IMG/VR virus record: IMGVR_UViG_3300048839_000345
Coordinates: 1 to 54,169 of that record
Reading direction: 5' to 3' (one strand)
DNA: 54,169 nucleotides
DNA from: a virus
Lineage: Duplodnaviria; Caudoviricetes
Below are positions 24,756 to 32,621 of the stretch, one piece after another. Position 1 is the first letter of the stretch. Each line of letters starts with the position of its first letter. A program made the translations under genes and the position numbers. The notes under the pieces were generated by a model. The model made no database searches. It was not told where the DNA came from and saw only the letters and a list, made by a program, of their open reading frames with translations.

Positions 24756-25123
24756 TCGCGGCGGTCGGCATATGGCTGTCGAAGTTTGGCAGCTGGGTCG
24801 CCAACAACCGCGCGGTCCAGTGGGTGCTGGGCGCGCTCGGTGTGATTGTCATGCTGCTCCTCTGGGGTGAGCGGCGCGAGAAGCAGGGGCGCACTCAGGA
24901 GAAGCTGAAGCAGAAAGAGCGCGACCTCGACCTGCGCGAGGAAGCGACCGAGACCGCCAACCAGATCATTGAACAGGAGAAGACCGATGCTGATGCTGCA
25001 CAAGAGGCTGGCGCTCTCGCTGGCAGCGCTGAGCCTAACGAGCTTGAGCGCATGTCAGACGCCGAGTGGGAACTTACCTTCGGACGCGAGCGCGCGGCTG
25101 GAGACCCTGGCTTCCGATCTTGA
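24752..25123 (+). CDS. Rz-like inner-membrane spanin
   Basis: ATGA-coupled; N-terminal TM then coiled coil; overlaps lipoprotein gene. Confidence 0.75.
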   Translation: MIAAVGIWLSKFGSWVANNRAVQWVLGALGVIVMLLLWGERREKQGRTQEKLKQKERDLDLREEATETANQIIEQEKTDADAAQEAGALAGSAEPNELERMSDAEWELTFGRERAAGDPGFRS

Positions 25124-25289
25124 GGAGCAGTATTGCCGGGGACAGAAGCCCCTGCCGGTGAGCGTGCCGCCGGTCGAGTTCAGCCAGTGGCCGGAAGGGG
25201 CGAAGCAATACCGGTTCGCCAATATCTGCCAGTGGGCCAGCCAGTGCGATGCTGACAAGTTTCGGGAGATGAGGTGCCCTGTGCCATGA
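24987..25289 (+). CDS. Rz1-like outer-membrane lipoprotein spanin
   Basis: Signal peptide with lipobox LSAC, SD AGGAGA, start embedded in Rz-like gene. Confidence 0.8.
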   Translation: MLMLHKRLALSLAALSLTSLSACQTPSGNLPSDASARLETLASDLEEQYCRGQKPLPVSVPPVEFSQWPEGAKQYRFANICQWASQCDADKFREMRCPVP

Positions 25290-25702
25290 GCCGAGACCTG
25301 ATCGACGAAATCCTTGGCGACGCAGGGAATGAAGTAGCCCGGCGGCGCGGGGAGGTCGTCGAGTTCCCGCTGGTCTCGGGGCACCTGAAGAAGGCAGACT
25401 ACACCGAGCCGCCGGCGCCGGAAGTGGCTGAGCCGGAAGTGCCGGAAGGTGTCACGGTCTGGCCGGAATGGGTCGAATGGCCGGTGCGGCTGGGAAAGTA
25501 TCTCGGGTTCCTGACCGTGGCGGCTGTGCTGTTCTGGGCGTTCGTAAATGTGCGCCGGGAATTGATCTACGCCAGCGCAGGCCGGATGGCCTGCTCGGCG
25601 GACAATGCCGCGCTGTGGGTCGAGGAAGACCCCGGCAGCGACGTGCCGCGGCTGAAGGATGCCCTGATCGAGCGGTGCGCGAAGGCGTATGTGTTGTTCT
25701 GA
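25286..25702 (+). CDS. Hypothetical membrane protein
   Basis: ATGA-coupled; one TM (YLGFLTVAAVLFWAFV). Confidence 0.7.
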   Translation: MSRDLIDEILGDAGNEVARRRGEVVEFPLVSGHLKKADYTEPPAPEVAEPEVPEGVTVWPEWVEWPVRLGKYLGFLTVAAVLFWAFVNVRRELIYASAGRMACSADNAALWVEEDPGSDVPRLKDALIERCAKAYVLF

Positions 25703-25707
25703 GGGGG

Positions 25708-25783
25708 TGGAGCCAGCGACAGGACTTGAACCTGCAACCTTCGACTTACAAGGACGCTGCTCTACCAATTGAGCTACGCCGGC
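25708..25783 (-). tRNA. tRNA-Thr(TGT) with imperfect anticodon stem
   Basis: 76 nt: GCCGGCG acceptor stem, GCTC/GAGC D-stem, loop CT-TGT-AA, GGTTCAAGTCC T-arm, encoded CCA. Confidence 0.88.
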
Positions 25784-25839
25784 CCATTTCAGGCGGCGAT
25801 TGTCGTTCGGGCAAAGGCGATCTGGATAACCATGTGCGG

Positions 25840-25868
25840 TATATATCTTAGCCTTAATCAGACCGCAA
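25840..25868 (-). promoter_or_regulatory. Possible sigma70 promoter for the tRNA
   Basis: TTGCGG-N17-TATATA on minus strand about 55 nt upstream of tRNA. Confidence 0.4.
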
Positions 25869-25876
25869 GCCTCTCC

Positions 25877-25906
25877 ACCGTGCGCCAACACCCCCCGTTC
25901 TAATCT
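25877..25906 (+). promoter_or_regulatory. Putative late promoter motif
   Basis: ACCGT-GCG-CCAAC-N11-TAATCT upstream of tail fiber. Confidence 0.6.
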
Positions 25907-25930
25907 GTCGCCAGCTAACCGGAGGCTGGC

Positions 25931-28459
25931 ATGACGATTTCTGCTGTTGTTCCTGATATTGCGTTTGCGGGCTCGTCCGGGTCCGGGACGATGGGGCCGT
26001 TCAGCCTGGTGAAGTCAGGCACCCCTATTGTCTTCTACAGCAACAGCGACCTGCTCGTTTATCGCTACGACACCACGTCAGACACCGCGCCGGTGCTGCT
26101 GGTGGAGGGCACGGATTACACGCTGACCGGAGGGCCGACTGCCGGCTCGATCACGCTGACCTCGCCGCAGACGGGGCTCCTGACGGATGAGCGGCTGTAT
26201 GTGAAGCGGCGCTCGACGTTTGCCCAGGCGCTGGATCTTGTGAACGGCGGGAACTTCTCGGCGGCCAACCTGGAGCGGCGTCTCGACGTGTTCGAGACGA
26301 AGCTGCAAGAGCTGGATATGGCGGCAAAATCCACCATCCGCTTCTCCATGTTCGACACGGACGAAATTCCGGCCACGGTGCCGCTGGCAGCGGTGATCGG
26401 GAAGGTGGCTTATCCTACGGGCAGCGCGTCGGCACCGACCGTTGGGTTGCTGGATGCGGCGGCGCTGGCCGATGTGACGGCGCTGTCGGATGCGGACAAG
26501 GCGAACCTGTCTGTGGTGGCGGCCGACCTGAACGGCGCGGACACGATCGGGATCGTGGCTGGTGCGATTGGTGATGTGGAGGATGTAGCGGACAATATTG
26601 CGGATGTGAGCGCTGTCGCCGATTGGCTTGATGGTGGCGATGCGGGGGATATTGAAGTCACGGCGACGGGCGGCAGCAACGCTCGTTCATTGGCAGATCA
26701 CTTTGCTTCCCCCCGGCAAGTGGCTGACTTTACCGGCACGGGCTCAACCCCGTTCACATCTGCGGCTGCGGCTGGCCCTGCCGAGATCGCGCCGGGCAGC
26801 TACTCTCTCTCGGAAAAGGTGACGGGCGATTTCTACCCCTCTCCATTTGCGACGTTCACGACCCCGGCCAACTTTGCCGCATCTGCGGTGCGTGGGTTCC
26901 TGACCGATAAAGATGCCGACGCATCAATCTACCGAGTGCCACAGCGACTTCTGATTTCCAAGGCAGCGCAGGACTTCGCCGGGAGTAGCCAATTCACGCA
27001 CGGTGACACTTGGCTTAAAGATGAGGGTGCGGGATTTTACCACGAGCGCGCAGCGCATATTGGGGCAGTTTCTGATCGCGGCGGCATTGGCGTGCTGGGC
27101 GCTTCGCGGGCGTCAGATCGCTACACAATCAACGGCGCTGTGGTTTGGGAGGCGTCTACTGCCTATGACCTGAACGATATTGTTGGCTATGCGGGACGGC
27201 TCTACACGGTCACGGTCGCGGGCACGACCAGCACTAGCCCGCCGACGCATACCAGCGGCAGCGTTGTGGATGGAACAGCAACGCTGACATGGCTTGACTA
27301 TACTTACCTTGTTTCGATTGGCGGCGATTTTGTTGGCATCTCGGATGTGGTGGACGGGACTGCCGCGTGGGCCGCGTACTTTGAAGGGATTCGCGGCGCA
27401 GATGGTGGCACGGTCTACGCTGCCGAGATCGCAGTCAAAAACATGGGCAGTTCGGACGTAACGAACAATCCATATAGTGTGTTTCCAGCGGGATCGACTA
27501 TCGGTTGGTATTTTGCTGCCGGTGGAGACGCTTCACTTGGGGCACCGACATATCCAAGCACATGCGCGATCCTGATCGCAAGCAATGCCTCAACATTCAA
27601 TTCCGGCATTGTGTTCAGCGCAACCGGGATCTCGTCAGGTGGCTATGCCATGAAGATGGCAGCTATCTCGGACCATGCATTCGGCTGGTTCAACTCCTCC
27701 GGCCAGCTTGTTGCTGCGATGCGTGCAGATGCGACCGCAAACAATGAGCGCACGCAACTTGTTTTTGGGAACAGCAAGATAGAGCTGTTTTCGGTTGGCG
27801 GCTTGATGGGCCAAATCGAAAGCGCAGCGACGGCTGGAACCGCAGCAGACGAACACGTTCGGCTGATTGGCTATGCTGCCGGAAACGGCTTTGCAGAAGT
27901 GCGCGCGGGGGGAACGGCTACAGATATTAACCTTCGTCTGTCCGGCAAGGGGGCAGGCGGTGTTGAGGCAGTTGGAAACCTTTTTGCGCAGACCAACAAG
28001 TCTGTTGCTTATGTGCTGGCCGCGTCTGCGGTTGCGATCCCGCACACCGGAACAACAAGTGAAACCACGCTTGCCACAGTGACCATTCCAGCAGGCGCGA
28101 TTGGTGCAAATGGATTTGTCCGCGTAACGACGACGTGGTCTCATACGTCCAGCGGCAATGCAAAAAACCTACTTGTACGATTTGGCGGCACGGGCGGCAC
28201 AGCGTACCAGAACAGTTCTGTCACCGCTACGGCATCGACCCGGCATCAGATCCTTATTGGCAACCGCAACTCTGCGTCCAGCCAGGTTGGTATGAACTCT
28301 ACGACTGCGGGAGGATTTGGATCAACGAATGCCGCAGTCGCAACGTCATCTGTTAACACAGGCAACGCCGTTGATCTGGTATTCCGCGCATTGCTGGCAA
28401 ACTCAGGTGAGACAATCACTCTGGAAAGCTATCTTGTTGAAGTGTTTTATCAGGAGTGA
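25931..28459 (+). CDS. Tail fiber/receptor-binding protein
   Basis: 842 aa; gp17-like N-terminal anchor (LVEGTDYTLTG...LERRLD), CBM5/12-like segment (WEASTAYDLND...PPTHTSG), Gly/Ala/Thr-rich lower-GC C-terminus. Confidence 0.85.
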   Translation: MTISAVVPDIAFAGSSGSGTMGPFSLVKSGTPIVFYSNSDLLVYRYDTTSDTAPVLLVEGTDYTLTGGPTAGSITLTSPQTGLLTDERLYVKRRSTFAQALDLVNGGNFSAANLERRLDVFETKLQELDMAAKSTIRFSMFDTDEIPATVPLAAVIGKVAYPTGSASAPTVGLLDAAALADVTALSDADKANLSVVAADLNGADTIGIVAGAIGDVEDVADNIADVSAVADWLDGGDAGDIEVTATGGSNARSLADHFASPRQVADFTGTGSTPFTSAAAAGPAEIAPGSYSLSEKVTGDFYPSPFATFTTPANFAASAVRGFLTDKDADASIYRVPQRLLISKAAQDFAGSSQFTHGDTWLKDEGAGFYHERAAHIGAVSDRGGIGVLGASRASDRYTINGAVVWEASTAYDLNDIVGYAGRLYTVTVAGTTSTSPPTHTSGSVVDGTATLTWLDYTYLVSIGGDFVGISDVVDGTAAWAAYFEGIRGADGGTVYAAEIAVKNMGSSDVTNNPYSVFPAGSTIGWYFAAGGDASLGAPTYPSTCAILIASNASTFNSGIVFSATGISSGGYAMKMAAISDHAFGWFNSSGQLVAAMRADATANNERTQLVFGNSKIELFSVGGLMGQIESAATAGTAADEHVRLIGYAAGNGFAEVRAGGTATDINLRLSGKGAGGVEAVGNLFAQTNKSVAYVLAASAVAIPHTGTTSETTLATVTIPAGAIGANGFVRVTTTWSHTSSGNAKNLLVRFGGTGGTAYQNSSVTATASTRHQILIGNRNSASSQVGMNSTTAGGFGSTNAAVATSSVNTGNAVDLVFRALLANSGETITLESYLVEVFYQE

Positions 28460-28463
28460 GACT

Positions 28464-28667
28464 ATATTAACTAAGCGCAACAAAGAGTTTGAAGTCAGGT
28501 GCGACGTGTGCGGAACGTCCGAGACGTTCGAGGCGCATAGCCATGCGGAGGCATGGGAAGTCATCAAGCGCTTGGCGTGGGCGGTTCGCAAAGGCGGATT
28601 CCCGGTTGTGCATGTCTGCCCAAGATGTCCGGTAGATGTGACAGGCGGAACTCCTTGTGCTGACTGA
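28464..28667 (+). CDS. Small zinc-ribbon protein (apparent ATA start)
   Basis: CDVC...HVCPRC; SD AGGAG 7 nt before an in-frame ATA. Confidence 0.45.
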   Translation: MLTKRNKEFEVRCDVCGTSETFEAHSHAEAWEVIKRLAWAVRKGGFPVVHVCPRCPVDVTGGTPCAD

Positions 28668-28709
28668 AGAAGCCGCGGCCTAACTGTGCTGTCCTGGCCG
28701 GTGGCTCCT

Positions 28710-28738
28710 GCCCGCTCCTTCGGGGGCGGGCTTTTTTT
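28710..28738 (+). terminator. Rho-independent terminator ending late transcription
   Basis: GCCCGCTCC-TTCG-GGGGCGGGC followed by T7. Confidence 0.92.
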
Positions 28739-28751
28739 GTGGGTGGGGCAT

Positions 28752-28785
28752 AAAAAAAGCCCCGCTGGGCGAACCCAAGCGGGGC
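28752..28785 (-). terminator. Rho-independent terminator ending leftward transcription
   Basis: Minus strand GCCCCGCT(T)GGG-TTCG-CCCAGCGGGGC followed by T7. Confidence 0.9.
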
Positions 28786-28794
28786 GAGTTCACG

Positions 28795-29532
28795 CTAATT
28801 CTTGGCGCGGAGCGGGACGACATTGGCGTCGTCCTCAGCTTCGAGGGCGGCGGCGAGTTTCTTCTCGAACTCGGCCTGGGCCTTCGCGTCCTTGATCTTC
28901 TCAAGGCGGCGCTTGGCCTCCTTCTGCCGCTTCGTCATGCCCAGTGTGGAGGGCGTGGCGATGGCATAGAGGCCGCCGATCTTCACCAGCTCGAACAGGG
29001 CGAGCAGGACGTAGATGATGGCCTCGGGCGGAGGGGCTGATTTCATTTCGGCAAGCCGGGCGGCGTCGGCAGAATCCTGCCTTGCGTTCCAGCGCGCGCG
29101 GTTCATATCGGTATCGTCCTGAAGGAAGATCGCCTGATATTTGTCCGCCTCTTTCTGGGCCGCGTCTGCCCGAATGCTTAGGGCGGCGTGCTTGGCGTCA
29201 GCTTCGAGGAACAGGGTCGAAAAGGCCTTGTGCCCGGAGATGACGCACCCGGTGATTGCGAGGGTCAGCATGATGCTGGCCAGCGCTGCCTTGCCGGGGC
29301 GGCGGTTTTCCATATCGCGCACGATGTGCCGAAGGGTCAGCGCCGCGATCACCTCATTGGCGCCGATTACGATCGCGAAGATCGCAGCGGTTTGCCAGGC
29401 GGGAAATATCATAGCGGCCCCGTAAATGTTCAGGCAGGCTGAACCGAGGATCGCAACGATGATGGCCGCTGCTGTAATGCGGCGGCCAATGAAATCTTGC
29501 AGTAGCGTGGGGGAGTTTGTAGAGTGTGGCAT
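28795..29532 (-). CDS. Multi-TM coiled-coil membrane protein (moron-like)
   Basis: SD GGAGAG before ATG 29532; three TMs, coiled coil, fourth TM; own promoter and terminator. Confidence 0.8.
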   Translation of the reverse strand: MPHSTNSPTLLQDFIGRRITAAAIIVAILGSACLNIYGAAMIFPAWQTAAIFAIVIGANEVIAALTLRHIVRDMENRRPGKAALASIMLTLAITGCVISGHKAFSTLFLEADAKHAALSIRADAAQKEADKYQAIFLQDDTDMNRARWNARQDSADAARLAEMKSAPPPEAIIYVLLALFELVKIGGLYAIATPSTLGMTKRQKEAKRRLEKIKDAKAQAEFEKKLAAALEAEDDANVVPLRAKN

Positions 29533-29689
29533 TGATGCTCTCCATAGCATTGGTTTCCGGGGTGGTGCCCGGCGCCCTAGTCAGGGCGGGAGGGTTGCCC
29601 AGTGGCACCCTTCCGGCTCTGACAATCACACTCAGTTTTCAAACATCGAAATTCGGGGCTTTCGCTCAGGCCCTGCCGGGACCCCAAAT

Positions 29690-29717
29690 ACCTGACATAA
29701 TCTCCATTATATCATAT
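29690..29717 (-). other. dif-like XerCD site candidate
   Basis: Minus strand ATATGATATAA-TGGAGA-TTATGTCAGGT (11-6-11 layout). Confidence 0.45.
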
Positions 29718-29733
29718 ATAGCGCTATAGTCAA
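29706..29733 (-). promoter_or_regulatory. Near-consensus sigma70 promoter with palindromic operator
   Basis: TTGACT-N16-TATAAT; palindrome TATAGCGCTATA at 29717-29728. Confidence 0.7.
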
Positions 29734-29772
29734 GCGCTTGATGTTACCGGCGCAAGGTGTTAACAATTACGA

Positions 29773-29958
29773 ATGAAAAGCAAACTGACACCGCAACAGA
29801 AGTGGCAACAGGAACGGCAGAAAAAGGGCTGGAAGCGCGTCAGCGTGTTCCTGCCGCCGGAATACGTGGCCAAAGCAAAAGCCGCCGCAGATGCCCACGG
29901 CGGCCTGGCTGAAGCCGTTCGGCATTGGCTGGACAATGATCCTAAATCGAAGCCTTAA
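29773..29958 (+). CDS. Small ribbon-helix-helix-like DNA-binding protein
   Basis: 61 aa; GWKRVSVFLP strand followed by two helices; divergent from the 29706-29733 promoter. Confidence 0.65.
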   Translation: MKSKLTPQQKWQQERQKKGWKRVSVFLPPEYVAKAKAAADAHGGLAEAVRHWLDNDPKSKP

Positions 29959-30127
29959 GCATTGCCTGCAGCTTGCGCAATTCGGCCATGGCGCGCCATT
30001 GCTTCTGCGCGTCCGGGCAATCCTGGATAAGGCGGGCGCCTTCCTTAATTGCGGCGACAAGCTTTGCCCGGCGCTGGGCTTCGACATTGGCGGCTTGGGC
30101 TTCGAGATTGGCGATAAGGTCAAACAT
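29942..30127 (-). CDS. Hypothetical protein
   Basis: 61 aa helical, SD AAAGGA. Confidence 0.65.
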   Translation of the reverse strand: MFDLIANLEAQAANVEAQRRAKLVAAIKEGARLIQDCPDAQKQWRAMAELRKLQAMLKASI

Positions 30128-30354
30128 GCGTGGCGTCCTTTGTTGCTATGGGATGACCATAGCGGGGCAGGGTTAAAAGAATCTTACCCCCGCCGCATTT
30201 TTCTGGCATATTGCTCCCGCACCGGACCCCAGCCCCCAAGCCCCCGGTGTCTGCCCCGCGCGCTTGTCTGATCTCCAGAATGGGCGCGCGGGGTTAGGGC
30301 TGGCTACTCTTTCCTTCGCGGAAGTTGGCCAGAAGCCTTCGACCTTCCTCATAA

Positions 30355-30660
30355 TCAACGCTCATCGGGGGCTCCTTTCAGGGTGCGGGCGGCGTCCTTC
30401 CGCCAAACGTCTAAGACTGTAATGCCGCCATCAGCAGCAAGCTCGTTGGGGTCATTGTCCAGTAGCACGCGGACCAACGTCTCAGCCGCCTTTGCCCGCG
30501 CCTCTGCTGCGGTGAGGGCGGAGTTAAAGGCAGGAGCCTCCCAAGCACGGTTGATGATGGCTCGCAGGTCTTCGCACGGTATTTGCACCAGCGCGTAATC
30601 TTCTGCTTGCTGGTTCCAGTATTCGAGTTCGCAATCCTGCGCTTTCAGTTCATCAGACAT
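30355..30660 (-). CDS. Hypothetical protein
   Basis: SD GAGGA, overlaps end of upstream gene in leftward operon. Confidence 0.65.
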   Translation of the reverse strand: MSDELKAQDCELEYWNQQAEDYALVQIPCEDLRAIINRAWEAPAFNSALTAAEARAKAAETLVRVLLDNDPNELAADGGITVLDVWRKDAARTLKGAPDER

Positions 30661-31351
30661 CAGTCGTTTCCTCAAAAAAATCAGGCTGCGGAACACGCGG
30701 GCTCCAGCGCGGTGGGCACTGCATGGCGTCCCAGCGGTCGGCCATGCCCCGTGCGGTGTTCTGCGGGCGGTTATGGTTCTGCGCTATGTCGGTGCTATCG
30801 ACCGAAGCGAACGGCCACTCTCTGCCACTGAGCTGCATCCCGCGCAGCATATGCACCCACGGCGTCCGGCTGTGCGCCTGAGCGATGGCGTTCCATGCGC
30901 GATCCATCTGGCGGCGCCACGGGTCGGAGAGGATTTGCCAATATTCGCCGGTCGATCCAATGCAGACGCGCGGCCACTCCTCTGTCAGCCTCACAAGCCG
31001 GTGGACGGGTTCGTCCATATGCCAGACAGGTGCGCCCCGCTCGCCATGCGGCCACTCCCTCAGAAGCGCATCCTGTTCCTGTGAGCCCGCGTCAATTACG
31101 TCCGGGATCACTGCCCAGGTAGTCGGGTAGTCCAGCCAGCGGTCGCACCAATCATAATAGCCGGTCCAGTCGCTGACGGGCTGGCCCTGCGTAAACGCCG
31201 AGAAAGCCCCATTGTCCAGCATGACGGACTGCGCCTGCTCATGTACGCGGGCGACCTGCTCCGGTCTCCAGAACGACACACAGAAGTGCCGCCCTGCGAG
31301 GCTGTAAAGCACGTCCAGAGGCGTGATCGGGGTGCCGTGGTAGTGGATCAC
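30653..31351 (-). CDS. TGT/DpdA-like guanine transglycosylase-fold protein
   Basis: GTGA-coupled start (IHYHGTP); LDNGAFS, PVWH, VHMLRG, SVDST motifs in TGT-superfamily order. Confidence 0.65.
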   Translation of the reverse strand: MIHYHGTPITPLDVLYSLAGRHFCVSFWRPEQVARVHEQAQSVMLDNGAFSAFTQGQPVSDWTGYYDWCDRWLDYPTTWAVIPDVIDAGSQEQDALLREWPHGERGAPVWHMDEPVHRLVRLTEEWPRVCIGSTGEYWQILSDPWRRQMDRAWNAIAQAHSRTPWVHMLRGMQLSGREWPFASVDSTDIAQNHNRPQNTARGMADRWDAMQCPPRWSPRVPQPDFFEETTDV

Positions 31352-31626
31352 TGGTGATAGCCCTCGACGGTCTGGAGGAATATCTCGACGGCGCTGCCAT
31401 AGCCCTGCTGGCGCATCAGATCGCACATCAGCGCATCCACGGCCCGGTGCAACTCCTGGCCGCTCAGCGTACGGCAGAGTTCGGCCATCTGCCATGCGGC
31501 GTCAGCCGGTGACATCAGGGGGCTTCTTGACAGCAAAGCCCGCACAGTCTCAGCATACACCGCCACCATCTCACCACCGGGAACGGCAGCGACGCGGGCT
31601 TTCAGCTCCTGGATGTCCGGGGTCAT
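31348..31626 (-). CDS. Hypothetical protein
   Basis: 92 aa, coupled overlaps on both sides. Confidence 0.65.
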   Translation of the reverse strand: MTPDIQELKARVAAVPGGEMVAVYAETVRALLSRSPLMSPADAAWQMAELCRTLSGQELHRAVDALMCDLMRQQGYGSAVEIFLQTVEGYHQ

Positions 31627-31844
31627 TGTGCGTCCCTCGCGGTGAGGAGGGCCTTAGCGTGCATGACGTGTTCATACAGACCAGAATGGCTCCATCCGTG
31701 TTCGGAAAACTTCGCCCATAAAGAGCCCGGCCCAGTGTATGGTATTTCTCCGCGTGCACACTGCGCTACAAGCTCAGCCGCATCTGGTGACTTTGCCATC
31801 ATTACGATCTGCGGAAACGCCGCCCCGCCTGTCTTATCTGTCAT
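31623..31844 (-). CDS. Hypothetical protein (GGxAFP-type phage early protein)
   Basis: MTDKTGGAAFP start, SD AGGA. Confidence 0.65.
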   Translation of the reverse strand: MTDKTGGAAFPQIVMMAKSPDAAELVAQCARGEIPYTGPGSLWAKFSEHGWSHSGLYEHVMHAKALLTARDAQ

Positions 31845-31875
31845 CTCTCTTTCCTTTCGCTCTCGCGCTGTGAGG

Positions 31876-32181
31876 TTAATGCTTCGTCCGGTCGTAAATC
31901 TTCAGCGGCGGGTTTTGCTTTTCCCAGCGCTTCTTTCCGCCCAAGTATTTCCAGCGAAAGTTTGACCACGAGACGTTCCAGCGCGCATTCTTATTCATAA
32001 TAATCAGGTGGCGGACGGACGGCGTGCCTTTGACAGGCAGGCGCGGCCCCAAGCGCACCTCATAGCGCAAAGGATTTAGCCGTTCCGCCCATGTGACATA
32101 CTCCCATGCGACATCCCCGCGCAGGTGCAGCGTCACTGAAAGCCACGGCATGCGGATCATGTTTTTCTCTGGACAGTCCAT
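31876..32181 (-). CDS. Hypothetical protein
   Basis: 101 aa, SD AAGGAG. Confidence 0.55.
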   Translation of the reverse strand: MDCPEKNMIRMPWLSVTLHLRGDVAWEYVTWAERLNPLRYEVRLGPRLPVKGTPSVRHLIIMNKNARWNVSWSNFRWKYLGGKKRWEKQNPPLKIYDRTKH

Positions 32182-32236
32182 CCTACTTCTCCTTCAGCGC
32201 TCTCGCGCGTTGATAGTGTTCAGTCTTGGGGTGGGG

Positions 32237-32590
32237 TTAAGCGTCTTCCGAAATCCACTTGCGGACGGTGACCATCAGTCGCTCAACGGCAACGGGGTGA
32301 TCCTTGGCGTACTCCGTCAGCACGGGAACAATCTCATCACTGCCGAGCCCAAGCGCCTCCAACGTGTCAATGTCCATGCCTTCATATTGGCGCACGTCAA
32401 CGTCGCTGTAGACGGCAAGCCATAGTTCGTCACACTCAGGGTGAACGCGCCAGCTGTAAAAGTCGCCATCGTGAATGCCGGAGGATAAGACGCTTGGCTG
32501 ACCCGCATCGATAGGCTGGCGGCAGTTGTCGCATTGGTGGGCTTTGCGCCCGGCCCTTACGTTCCGTCTTGAGTGAAAGCTCATCTCCAT
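32237..32590 (-). CDS. Zinc-finger hypothetical protein
   Basis: RKAHQCDNC...HPEC. Confidence 0.7.
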   Translation of the reverse strand: MEMSFHSRRNVRAGRKAHQCDNCRQPIDAGQPSVLSSGIHDGDFYSWRVHPECDELWLAVYSDVDVRQYEGMDIDTLEALGLGSDEIVPVLTEYAKDHPVAVERLMVTVRKWISEDA

Positions 32591-32621
32591 TCCCTCTTCC
32601 GATAGTGTTCACTGTCCCGGC

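Noticed and set aside
25708-25783. tRNA as attP core
   Set aside because: It is a full-length tRNA within the late region and no integrase is nearby
25931-28459. Diversity-generating retroelement or invertible tail-fiber cassette
   Set aside because: No reverse transcriptase, invertase or duplicated template region noticed
29585-29615. Cobalamin riboswitch (GCCACTG on minus strand)
   Set aside because: Other B12-box elements are missing or out of order; a simple hairpin explains it
30173-30358. 61-aa minus-strand ORF
   Set aside because: No motif or clear SD; it overlaps a likely promoter region
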